Below, one piece after another: positions 26,723 through 35,425 of a stretch of DNA of 52,198 bases. Made by a program: the position numbers and the translations under genes. Location: NCBI GenBank assembly GCA_035558995.1, contig DATMBY010000298.1, forward strand, positions 1 to 52,198. Direction: 5' to 3'. Each line of letters opens with the position of its first letter. Within the stretch, counting starts at the first letter, position 1. The notes under the pieces are model-generated. The model saw only the letters and a program-made list of their open reading frames with translations. It searched no databases and had not been told where the DNA came from. The DNA comes from Solirubrobacterales bacterium (lineage in GTDB: Bacteria > Actinomycetota > Thermoleophilia > Solirubrobacterales > 70-9).

Positions 26723-28213
26723 ATGGATCGCGAGCTTTTCGATGCCTATCTGCGTGACGAGAGCCGGCTTGGGCCGGCTGCTGGGGCCGCCTTCACCGGC
26801 GCTGCGGGCGGCGCTGCCTGTGGCGATCTTTCGCGCATCTCGTTCCTGGTGGAGAACGGCCGGATCGACTCGGTCACCTTCGACGCCGAGGGCTGCGGCG
26901 CCACTCGCGCAGCCACGGCCGCGGTGGCCGAGATGATCGATGCCTCTCCCGTCCTCGAGGCTGCTCTCATTGACATAGACACCGTCGATGAGGCAATAGG
27001 CGGCCTCACGCCCGCCAAGCGCCACGCCGCCCAGCTGGCCACGGACGCGCTTCACCGAGCCCTCCGAGGCGTTGCGTCCTCACGGTTGAGCCTAACCCTC
27101 CCGGAGTCAGGCGGAATGGCCACCTCACCCGAAAGGGGTGGCCATTCCGCCCCTCCGCGCCGCGTCGCCGTCGCCATCTCGGGCGGCGTCGACAGCGCCG
27201 TCGCCGCCCTCCTCGCGCGCGAGGAGGGCGCCGAGGTGGTCGGCATCACCGTCAAGCTCTGGACCGACCCCGAGACCGACGGCGCCAAGGCCTGCTGCTC
27301 GCCGGAGGCCGTGCTCGGAGCCCGCGCGCTCGCGCACCAGCTCGGGATCCCGCACTTCACGCTCGACCTCGAGGAGGACTTCCGCCGCCGGGTCGTCGAC
27401 CGCTTCATCGGCGGCTATGCGGAGGGCAGCACGCCGAACCCCTGCATCCTCTGCAACGGCGAGGTGCGGCTGGCGGCGATGGTCGACCTCGCCGAGCGGC
27501 TCGGGGCCGAGCGGCTGCTGACCGGCCACTACGCCCGCATCGTCGAGGACGCCGAGGGGCCGCTGCTCGCCACCGCCGCCGACAATGCCAAGGACCAGAG
27601 CTACATGCTCGCGGCGTTGCCGACCGAGCTGCTCTCCCGCCTCGGCTTCCCGCTTACCGAGCTGACCAAGCCCGAGGTGCGGGAGATCGCCGCCCGCCAC
27701 GGCCTCGCCGTCGCCCGCAAGGCCGAGAGCCAGGACCTCTGCTTCCTCGCCGGCCAGGGGAAGCGCGGCTTCCTCCGCCGCCACGGCGGCCTGCGCGAGC
27801 GCGACGGCGCGATCGTCGACTCGACCGGCCGCACCCTCGGCCGCCATCGCGGCCACCACGACTTCACCGTCGGCCAGCGCCGCGGCATCCGCGTCTCCGC
27901 CCCGGAGGCGCTCTACGTGCTCGCTACCGACGCCGCGACCAACACCGTCACCGTCGGCACCCGGGCCGAGCTGGAGAGGCGCAGCGTCAGCGTCCGCGAC
28001 GCCGTCCTCCACCGCGACGGCGGCGAGGTCGACGCGGTGAAGCTGCGCTACCGATCCCGCGCCCTCCCCGCCACCGTCTCGGCGGCGGGGAGAGGACGGC
28101 ACTCCTCCCTGGAAGTGGAGCTGGGCGAGGCCTTCCCCGGCGTGGCCCCTGGTCAGACGGCGGTGCTGATGGCCGGCGATCGGATCGTCGGCCACGGCAC
28201 CATCGCCTCGTAG
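26723..28213 (+). CDS. mnmA: IscU/NifU-like N-terminal domain fused in frame to tRNA 2-thiouridine(34) synthase MnmA
   Basis: N-terminal ~110 aa: GAACGDLSRISFLVENGRIDSVTFDAEGCGATRAA...AKRHAAQLATDAL (IscU-like). Then VAVAISGGVDSAVAA (PP-loop), PNPCILCNG, DQSYML, SQDLCF (MnmA). No stop between the two parts. Confidence 0.85.
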   Translation: MDRELFDAYLRDESRLGPAAGAAFTGAAGGAACGDLSRISFLVENGRIDSVTFDAEGCGATRAATAAVAEMIDASPVLEAALIDIDTVDEAIGGLTPAKRHAAQLATDALHRALRGVASSRLSLTLPESGGMATSPERGGHSAPPRRVAVAISGGVDSAVAALLAREEGAEVVGITVKLWTDPETDGAKACCSPEAVLGARALAHQLGIPHFTLDLEEDFRRRVVDRFIGGYAEGSTPNPCILCNGEVRLAAMVDLAERLGAERLLTGHYARIVEDAEGPLLATAADNAKDQSYMLAALPTELLSRLGFPLTELTKPEVREIAARHGLAVARKAESQDLCFLAGQGKRGFLRRHGGLRERDGAIVDSTGRTLGRHRGHHDFTVGQRRGIRVSAPEALYVLATDAATNTVTVGTRAELERRSVSVRDAVLHRDGGEVDAVKLRYRSRALPATVSAAGRGRHSSLEVELGEAFPGVAPGQTAVLMAGDRIVGHGTIAS

Positions 28214-28217
28214 CGAC

Positions 28218-28640
28218 CTACGCGGCCGAGCTGGCGCTCACCGTCGCTGCCTCTTCACGCCGCATCTGGTTGACGCCCTGGACGCATTTGGTGAACGGCG
28301 TCCCCTTCACACCTTTGACGTGCTTCTTGCTGAGCGCCTTGCACGCCTTCTTCGCGTTCAGGTTGTCGTTCTTGTCGGCCCGGGCCATCGCTTTGACGCA
28401 GCGGCTGAAGGCCGTCCCCTTCTCGCCCTTCACGTGTTTCTTGCTCTCGCCGCGGCAGTAGTAGCCGTAGGCATGCCCTTTGGGCGCCGACTTCGGCCCC
28501 TGCGGCGGGTGGTTCGGGTGTTCGTACTTCGGGCCTTCCGGCGTCGGCTGGTAGTCCGGTCCGTCGGCCACGCCGGCCGCGGGAACCAGCGCCATCGACA
28601 GCACCGCGAGCCCGATTGCGAACATCGTGCGCAGCTTCAT
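28218..28640 (-). CDS. Small secreted Lys-rich protein with an internal Cys-containing duplication
   Basis: Signal peptide MKLRTMFAIGLAVLSMALVPAAG. Duplicated unit SKKHVKGEKGTAFSRCV / SKKHVKGVKGTPFTKCV. Confidence 0.65.
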   Translation of the reverse strand: MKLRTMFAIGLAVLSMALVPAAGVADGPDYQPTPEGPKYEHPNHPPQGPKSAPKGHAYGYYCRGESKKHVKGEKGTAFSRCVKAMARADKNDNLNAKKACKALSKKHVKGVKGTPFTKCVQGVNQMRREEAATVSASSAA

Positions 28641-28765
28641 CTGTTCTGCCTCCTTCGACCAGGTCGAACGGTCATGTCACTTCCTGAAACGTCCCCCTCG
28701 GCCCTCTGTAAGGGGGAACTTGGCCGGCACCGCCCGGAATCGAACAAATATTTAGGCTTCCTAAC

Positions 28766-31402
28766 ATGAGGGCGCAGGAGATCCGGGAGACGTACCTGTC
28801 TTTTTTCGCCGCGCGCGAGCACAAGATCGTGCCCTCGGCCTCGCTCGTGCCCTCGGTCCACGACCCCTCGGTCCTGCTGACCACGGCGGGGATGCAGCCG
28901 TTCAAGCCGTACTTCCTGGGGCGGGAAAAGCCGCCGGCACCGCGCCTCGCCGACGTGCAGAAATGCTTCCGCACGACCGACATCGAGGAGGTCGGCAACA
29001 CCGCTCGCCACATGACCTTCTTCGAGATGCTCGGCAACTGGAGCTTCGGTGACTACTTCAAGGCGGAGTCGATCCCCTGGGGCTGGGAGCTCTCGACCCA
29101 GGGTTTCGGGATGGACCCGGAGCGGGTCTGGGTCACCGTCTTCGGCGGCGACGAGGAGCTCGGCCTGGGTCCCGACGAGGAGGCGATCGAGATCTGGCGC
29201 GCGACCGGCGTCGCGGAGGAGCGGATCGTCCGCCTCGGCCGCGAGGACAACTTCTGGCAGGCCGGCCCGACCGGCCCCTGCGGCCCCTGTTCGGAGCTCT
29301 ACCTGGACCGCGGACCGGAGTTCGGCGCCGAGGGCGAGCGCCCCGGCGACGACACCGACCGCTTTCTCGAGTTCTGGAACCACGTCTTCATGAGCTACGA
29401 CCTCGCCGAAGACGGCACCCTCACGCCGTTGCCGATGAGGAACATCGATACCGGCATGGGCCTCGACCGGATGGCGGCGGTCCTCCAGGACGTGCCCTCG
29501 GTCTTCGAGACCGACCACGTGCGCCCGCTCGTCGACCTCGCCGAGGAGCTCTCCGGCCGCCGCTACGACGAGGGCGGGGCGGTGACCCGGGCGATGCGGA
29601 TCGTCGCCGACCACAGCCGCGGCGCCGCCTTCCTGATCGCCGACGGCGTCGTCCCCTCCAACGAGGACCGCGGCTACATCCTGCGCCGGATCATGCGCAG
29701 GGCGATCCAGCAGGGCCGCAGCCTCGGGCTCGAGGCGCCCTGGCTGGGCAGCTTCGCCGAGCGCACGATCGAGCTGATGGGCGACGCCTACCCCGAGCTG
29801 GTCGCCGAGAAGGCCGGGATCGAGCGCTGGGTCGGCGACGAGGAGGAGAGCTTCGGCCGCACCCTCGAGCGCGGCAGCGAGCTGCTCGACCGGCTGATCG
29901 CCGAGGCGAAGGAGGCCGAGACCTCCTGGGTCGACGCGGCCGCTGCATTCAAACTGCACGACACCTACGGCTTCCCCTACGACCTGACCAAGGAGCTGCT
30001 GGCCGAGGCTGGCCTCTCCGTCGACGACCAGGGCTTCCAGGAGCTGATGGAGGAGCAGCGGCAGCGGGCGCGCACGGCGAGCGCCACCGCCCACGGCTCC
30101 GAGAACACCCACGAGCGGGTGACCGCCTTCGCCGAAGGGGCGCCCCCGACCAGCTTCGTCGGCTACGAAACCCTGCGCGCGACCACCGGCCTCGCCGCGG
30201 TCGAGGCGGTCGACGGCAAGGCGCTGGTCAAGCTCGAGGAGAGCCCGTTCTACGCCGAGGGCGGGGGACAGGTGGCCGACTCCGGCGTCCTGCGCTGGGG
30301 CGGCAACGAGGCCCGTGTCGTCGACGTCTACCGGCTCGGCGAAGACCAGGCGCTCGAGGTCGAGCCGAGCGGGGCGGCGATCGAGCCGGGAGTCGCGGTC
30401 GAGGCCGAAGTCGACGCCGAGACCCGCCACGCGACGATGCGCAACCACACCGCGACCCACCTCCTGCACGCGGCGCTGCGCGAGCGCCTCGGCGGCCACG
30501 TCCGCCAGGCCGGCTCGGCCGTGCGCCCGGACAAGCTCCGCTTCGACTTCACCCACGGCCAGGCCCTCAGCCGCGAGGAGTTGCGCGACGTCGAGGAGCG
30601 GGTCAACGAGTGGGTGAAGGCGAGCCGGGCGGTGCGCTGGATGAACATGAACCGCGAGGAGGCCGAACGGCTCGGCGCGATGGCCCTGTTCGGCGAGAAG
30701 TACGGCGAGTGGGTGCGGGTGGTCGAGGTCGACGGCGTCTCCCGCGAGCTCTGCGGCGGCACCCACGTCGCCAACACCGCCGAGGTCGGGATCTTCAAGA
30801 TCACCAGCGAGGGATCGAGCGCGGCCAACGTCCGCCGGGTCGAGGCGATCACGGGTCCAGCGGCCATTGACTTTTTCCGCGAGCGAGAGGCGCAGCTGCA
30901 GGAGGCCGGCGAGCTGCTCGGCAACCCGCAGGATCCAGTCGCCGCCGCCCGCCGCGCCGCCGAGCAGCTGAAGGAGGCGAGCGCCGGCGCCGAGAAGGCG
31001 CAGCGTGAGCAGCTCGGGGGCGAAGCCGATGAGCTGGCCAACCGTGCCGAGGACCTGCCCGGCGGCGGCCGGATCGTCACCGCGGCGGTCAAGGCCAGCC
31101 TGCAGGCGAACCCGAAGCAGCTTCTCGACCTCGCCAACCGGGTGCAGTCGAAGCTCGGGCAGCCGTCCGTCGTCGTCCTCGGCGGCGAGTTCGGCGGCAA
31201 AGCGGGCCTGGTCGCCCTCGTCTCCAAGGACGCGGTCGAGCGCGGCGCCTCGGCCGGCTCGATCATCCGCGAGATCGCGCCGATCGTCGGCGGTGGCGGT
31301 GGCGGTCGCGACGACATGGCCCAGGCCGGCGGCAAGGACCCGTCGAAGCTCGACGAGGCGCTCGCGGCCGCCCGCGCCGGCGTCGAGCGAGACCTCGCCT
31401 GA
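28766..31402 (+). CDS. alaS: Alanine--tRNA ligase
   Basis: MRAQEIRETYLSFFAAREHKIVPSASLVP, FFEMLGNWSFGDYFK, TGPCGPCSELY, HTATHLLHAALR, CGGTHV. Confidence 0.95.
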   Translation: MRAQEIRETYLSFFAAREHKIVPSASLVPSVHDPSVLLTTAGMQPFKPYFLGREKPPAPRLADVQKCFRTTDIEEVGNTARHMTFFEMLGNWSFGDYFKAESIPWGWELSTQGFGMDPERVWVTVFGGDEELGLGPDEEAIEIWRATGVAEERIVRLGREDNFWQAGPTGPCGPCSELYLDRGPEFGAEGERPGDDTDRFLEFWNHVFMSYDLAEDGTLTPLPMRNIDTGMGLDRMAAVLQDVPSVFETDHVRPLVDLAEELSGRRYDEGGAVTRAMRIVADHSRGAAFLIADGVVPSNEDRGYILRRIMRRAIQQGRSLGLEAPWLGSFAERTIELMGDAYPELVAEKAGIERWVGDEEESFGRTLERGSELLDRLIAEAKEAETSWVDAAAAFKLHDTYGFPYDLTKELLAEAGLSVDDQGFQELMEEQRQRARTASATAHGSENTHERVTAFAEGAPPTSFVGYETLRATTGLAAVEAVDGKALVKLEESPFYAEGGGQVADSGVLRWGGNEARVVDVYRLGEDQALEVEPSGAAIEPGVAVEAEVDAETRHATMRNHTATHLLHAALRERLGGHVRQAGSAVRPDKLRFDFTHGQALSREELRDVEERVNEWVKASRAVRWMNMNREEAERLGAMALFGEKYGEWVRVVEVDGVSRELCGGTHVANTAEVGIFKITSEGSSAANVRRVEAITGPAAIDFFREREAQLQEAGELLGNPQDPVAAARRAAEQLKEASAGAEKAQREQLGGEADELANRAEDLPGGGRIVTAAVKASLQANPKQLLDLANRVQSKLGQPSVVVLGGEFGGKAGLVALVSKDAVERGASAGSIIREIAPIVGGGGGGRDDMAQAGGKDPSKLDEALAAARAGVERDLA

Positions 31403-31406
31403 GGAC

Positions 31407-31787
31407 ATGCGGGTGCTCGCCCTCGACCACGGCACGGTCCGCATCGGCTGCGCCCTCTCCGACCCCAGCGGCACTCTGGCGACGCCGCTGCCGGTGATCG
31501 AACCGCCGGAGGCGCGCGCGGTCGCCGAGCTGGTCGACGAGCACGGCGTCGAAGTGGTCGTCGTCGGCCTGCCGGTGCACCTGAGCGGGGAGGAGGGAAG
31601 CCAGGCTGGTTTGGCGCGCAGCTTCTGCCGGGAACTGGAAGCGATGCTCTCGATCCCGGTGGAGACCTACGACGAGCGCCTCACCTCGCGGATGGCCGAC
31701 GCCAGCCGCCGCGGCGGCGCCACCGCCGCCCGCGACTCCCTCGCCGCCGCCCACCTCCTCGAGTCCTACCTGGCGGGCAGGCCGTGA
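31407..31787 (+). CDS. ruvX: Holliday-junction resolvase-like nuclease RuvX (YqgF)
   Basis: MRVLALDHGTVRIGCALSDPSG...VVVGLPVHLSGEEGSQA...YDERLTS. Conserved position after alaS. Confidence 0.85.
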   Translation: MRVLALDHGTVRIGCALSDPSGTLATPLPVIEPPEARAVAELVDEHGVEVVVVGLPVHLSGEEGSQAGLARSFCRELEAMLSIPVETYDERLTSRMADASRRGGATAARDSLAAAHLLESYLAGRP

Positions 31788-33238
31788 GCGAGGATTGGCT
31801 CAAGGACGACCCCTTCGCCGATCCGGACGACCCGGCGGCCCGCGAGCGCGAGCAGCGCCGGCGCGAACGCGAGGAAAAGAGGAACAAGCGCGCCGCCAAG
31901 CAGGCCAAGGCCGAGCGGAAGGCCGCGGCTCCGCCGCCCCCTCCGCCGGCACCGGTCCCGACCAAGCCGACTCCACCCGCGCCTGCCGTGTCGCCCGCGC
32001 CGGAACCGATCGAGGCGCCCGCGCCCGCCGAGCCCGCGCCCGAAGCGGCCGCGCCGCCTCCACCTCCGTCCCCTCCGCGGACGCCCGAGCAGGAGTTCTG
32101 GGACGAAGAGCCCGAAGCGCCGCCTCCGCCGCTCGTCGCCGGCAACGGCAAAGCCGGGCAGCGGCCCAAGCGGGGCGGCGGAAGCCCGCTGGGGGCGGTC
32201 GGCCGCCACCCGTTCCTGATCTTCGCCACGGTCGCCGCGCTCTTCGCCCTCTGGTTCCTCGTCATGCTCTTCCAGCCGTTCCACGGCGACGGCGACGGCA
32301 AGGTCCAGGTGACGGTGCCGAAGGGGTCCAGCGTCAGCGAAGTCGGCGACCTTCTCAGCGACAAGGACGTGATCGACAACTCGACCCTGTTCCAGGTCCG
32401 CGTCACCCTCGCCGGCAAGCGCTCGGAGATCTACTCCGGCCACTTCACCCTCGCCCACAACATGAGCTACGGCGCCGCGATCGACGCCCTCTCGACGCCC
32501 CCGGTCAAGCGCACGACCTCGGTGACGATCCCCGAGGGCTACACCCGCTCGCAGGCTGCGCAGCTGGTCGAGGAAGCCGGCGTCCCCGGCGACTACACGA
32601 AGGCGACGGTCAAGTCGAAGTACCTGAACCCGGCTCAGTACGGCGGCAAGGGCGCCAAGGACCTCGAAGGCTTCCTCTTCCCCGACACCTTCGAACTGAA
32701 GCCGACCGCCCCGGTGGAGGATCTCGTCCAGTTGCAGCTTCAGGACTTCAAGCGCCGGATCAAGGGCGTGGACATGAAGTACGCGAAGTCGAAGAACCTG
32801 ACCGTCTTCGACGTGGTCACGATCGCCTCGATGGTCGAGGACGAGGCGGGAGTCGACAGCCAGCGGGGCCTCGTCGCCTCGGTGATCTACAACCGCCTGC
32901 ACGAAGGAATGCCGCTGGGGATCGACGCGACGATCCGCTTCGCCACGGGCAACTACACCGAGCCGCTGACCGAATCCGAACTGGCGATCGACTCCCCCTA
33001 CAACAGCCGCACCAACGCCGGCCTGCCGCCGGGGCCGATCAGCAACCCCGGCCTCGCCTCGATCGAAGCGGCCGCGCACCCGCCGAAGACCGACTACCTC
33101 TTCTACGTGACGACGCCCGGGGCCTGCGGCAAGCTCACCTTCGCCAAGACCGAAGCCGAATTCGAAGCCGCGGTCGACAAGTACAACTCGGCCCGGGAAG
33201 CGGCCGGCGGCAACTCGCCGGACAGCTGCGGGCAATAA
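31784..33238 (+). CDS. mltG: Endolytic murein transglycosylase MltG (YceG-like) with Pro/Ala-rich N-terminal extension
   Basis: ASMVEDEAG, VIYNRL, LGIDATIRF, YNSRTNAGLPPGPISNPG. GTG start overlaps the ruvX stop. Confidence 0.85.
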   Translation: MSEDWLKDDPFADPDDPAAREREQRRREREEKRNKRAAKQAKAERKAAAPPPPPPAPVPTKPTPPAPAVSPAPEPIEAPAPAEPAPEAAAPPPPPSPPRTPEQEFWDEEPEAPPPPLVAGNGKAGQRPKRGGGSPLGAVGRHPFLIFATVAALFALWFLVMLFQPFHGDGDGKVQVTVPKGSSVSEVGDLLSDKDVIDNSTLFQVRVTLAGKRSEIYSGHFTLAHNMSYGAAIDALSTPPVKRTTSVTIPEGYTRSQAAQLVEEAGVPGDYTKATVKSKYLNPAQYGGKGAKDLEGFLFPDTFELKPTAPVEDLVQLQLQDFKRRIKGVDMKYAKSKNLTVFDVVTIASMVEDEAGVDSQRGLVASVIYNRLHEGMPLGIDATIRFATGNYTEPLTESELAIDSPYNSRTNAGLPPGPISNPGLASIEAAAHPPKTDYLFYVTTPGACGKLTFAKTEAEFEAAVDKYNSAREAAGGNSPDSCGQ

Positions 33239-33402
33239 GTGCCCTTCCAACAACCCCCACGCACGCCTGGCGGCACCGGACACACTTCGCGGGGCGTCGT
33301 CCTCGGTCGGCCAAATGGCGCTGCCATTCGGTCTCCCTGCGTCCTACCCCCGCTCGGTCCGGCACTCGCCAGTCGCACGCGCGGGTCGTCGGAAGGGCAC
33401 TG

Positions 33403-34194
33403 ATGCCAAAGCTCGCGGTGCTCGGCCACCCCGTCTCCCACTCGCGCTCGCCGGCGATGCAGAACGCGGCGCTGGCGGCGCTGGAGCTGGAGGACTGGAG
33501 CTACAGGGCGATCGACGCCGCCCCGGAGGCCTTCGAGATGACGGTCAAGGAGCTGGCCGAAGTCGGCTACGCCGGCGTCAACGTCACCGTTCCCCACAAG
33601 CGGGCGGCGCTGGCGCTGGCCGACGAGGCGAGCGAAGCCTCCCAGCAGATCGGCGCCGCCAACACGCTCGTCTTCGACGGCCGCCGGATCGAGGCCCACA
33701 ACACCGACGCCGACGGGTTGCTGGCCTCGCTTCCGGACCCGCCGCGCGGGCAGCGGGCGCTGGTCCTCGGCGCCGGCGGTGCCGCCCGCGCGGTCCTTTG
33801 GGCGCTGCTCTGGGAAGGGGCGCGGGTGGCGGTCTGGAATCGCACCCCCGAGCGGGCGGAGGAGATCTGCGCCGAGCTCGGCGGCGAGGCAGTGCTGGCG
33901 CCGCGCCAGGAGGAGTTCGACCTGATCGTCAACACCAGCGCCGCCGGCCTGGGGGGGGAGGACCCCTTCGAGCACCTGCCGCTGAGCCGCGACGGCTTCA
34001 CCGAGCATCAGACCGTGGTCGACATGGTCTACGGCGAGCACCGCAGTAAGCTGCTGAAAGCCGCCGAAGGCGCCCGCGCCGCCGTCGTCGACGGGCTCGA
34101 GATCCTCGTCCAGCAGGGCGCCCGCTCGTTCGAAATCTGGACCGGCCGCGAACCCGACCTCGAGGTTATGCGCGCTGCCGTCCGCGATTGGTGA
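33403..34194 (+). CDS. aroE: Shikimate dehydrogenase
   Basis: LAVLGHPVSHSRSPAMQNAA, GVNVTVPHK, GAANTL, HNTDADG, LVLGAGGAARAV. Start ATG 33403 inside track ORF 31795..34194. Confidence 0.9.
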   Translation: MPKLAVLGHPVSHSRSPAMQNAALAALELEDWSYRAIDAAPEAFEMTVKELAEVGYAGVNVTVPHKRAALALADEASEASQQIGAANTLVFDGRRIEAHNTDADGLLASLPDPPRGQRALVLGAGGAARAVLWALLWEGARVAVWNRTPERAEEICAELGGEAVLAPRQEEFDLIVNTSAAGLGGEDPFEHLPLSRDGFTEHQTVVDMVYGEHRSKLLKAAEGARAAVVDGLEILVQQGARSFEIWTGREPDLEVMRAAVRDW

Positions 34195-34253
34195 TTTACC
34201 GCCCCTATAGGGGGCCTAACTCACCAAACGTCTCGCCGATAGCCTTCCTCGCG

Positions 34254-35423
34254 ATGACGACGTTCCGTTTCACCACCGCGGGGGAGTCGCACGGGCCCGG
34301 GCTCGTGGCGATCGTCGAGGGCATGCCGGCGGGCTTGGAGCTCGACCGCGAGGCGCTCGACCGCGACATGGCGCGCCGCCAGCTCGGCCACGGGCGCGGC
34401 GGCCGGATGAAGATCGAGACCGACACGGTCGAGGTCCGCAGCGGCGTCCGCCACGGCCGCACCCTCGGCAGCCCGATCGCCCTCCTGGTCGCCAACCGCG
34501 ACTACGCCAACTGGGAGGAGCGGATGAACCCCTGGCCAGTGGAGGGCTTCTCGCCCGACGAGGTCCACCTGCCGCGGCCAGGGCACGCCGACCTCGTCGG
34601 CGCCCAGAAGTACGGCCACTCCGACATCCGCAACGTCCTCGAGCGCGCGAGCGCCCGCGAGACCGCCGCCCGCGTCGCCGCCGGCACGATCGCCCGCGCC
34701 TTCCTCGCCAGGCTCGGCGTATCGGTCCACAGCCACGTCCTGCAGATCGCCTCGGTCAAGGCAGCCGAGCGGCCCGACCTGAAGCCGGAGGACTTCGCCG
34801 ACGTCGACGACGACCCGGTCCGCTGCCTCGACCCGAAGGCGAGCAAGGCGATGGTCGAGGAGATCAACCGCCTGCGCAAGGCCAACGAGAGCCTCGGCGG
34901 CAGCCTCGAGGTCCTGGTCTTCGGCCTCGTCCCCGGTCTTGGCTCCCACATCTCCTGGGAAGACCGGCTCGACGGGCGCCTCGCCGGCGCGGTGGCCTCG
35001 ATCCAGTCGATCAAGGGGGTGGCGATCGGCGAAGCCTGGGACGTCGCCGGCCGCCCCGGCTCCGAGGCCCACGACGAGATCTTCTGGTCCGAGAAGGACG
35101 GTTACTTCCGCGAAACCAACCACGCCGGGGGGCTCGAGGGCGGGATGACCAACGGCCAGCCGCTCTCGGTGCGAGCGGCGATCAAGCCGATCTCGACCCT
35201 GACCAAGGCGCTGCGCTCGGTCGACACCGAGACCAAGCAGCCGGCGCAGGCGCTGCGCGAGCGCACCGACTCGACCGTGGTTCCCGCCGCTGCCGTGGTC
35301 GCCGAGGCGATGGTCGCCTTGGCCCTGGCCCGCGCCTACCGCGAGAAGTTCGGCGGCGACCACATCGACGACGTGCTCGAGGCGGTAGCGGCCTACAAGC
35401 GGCGCATCGACTTCAGGGGTTAG
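34254..35423 (+). CDS. aroC: Chorismate synthase
   Basis: MTTFRFTTAGESHGPGLVAIVEGMPAGL, GRGGRMKIE, RPGHAD, ERASARETAARVAAG, GGLEGGMTNG. Confidence 0.95.
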   Translation: MTTFRFTTAGESHGPGLVAIVEGMPAGLELDREALDRDMARRQLGHGRGGRMKIETDTVEVRSGVRHGRTLGSPIALLVANRDYANWEERMNPWPVEGFSPDEVHLPRPGHADLVGAQKYGHSDIRNVLERASARETAARVAAGTIARAFLARLGVSVHSHVLQIASVKAAERPDLKPEDFADVDDDPVRCLDPKASKAMVEEINRLRKANESLGGSLEVLVFGLVPGLGSHISWEDRLDGRLAGAVASIQSIKGVAIGEAWDVAGRPGSEAHDEIFWSEKDGYFRETNHAGGLEGGMTNGQPLSVRAAIKPISTLTKALRSVDTETKQPAQALRERTDSTVVPAAAVVAEAMVALALARAYREKFGGDHIDDVLEAVAAYKRRIDFRG

Positions 35424-35425
35424 CC

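Noticed and set aside
28637-31474. 945-aa minus-strand ORF
   Set aside because: It is antisense to alaS, which has unmistakable AlaRS motifs on the plus strand. Its composition is Arg/Gly/Ala/Leu-biased, typical of GC-rich shadow frames.
31880-32130. Pro/Ala-rich repetitive stretch that looked like a tandem repeat
   Set aside because: It is the low-complexity linker in the N-terminal region of MltG, in frame and coding. No exact nucleotide period is present.
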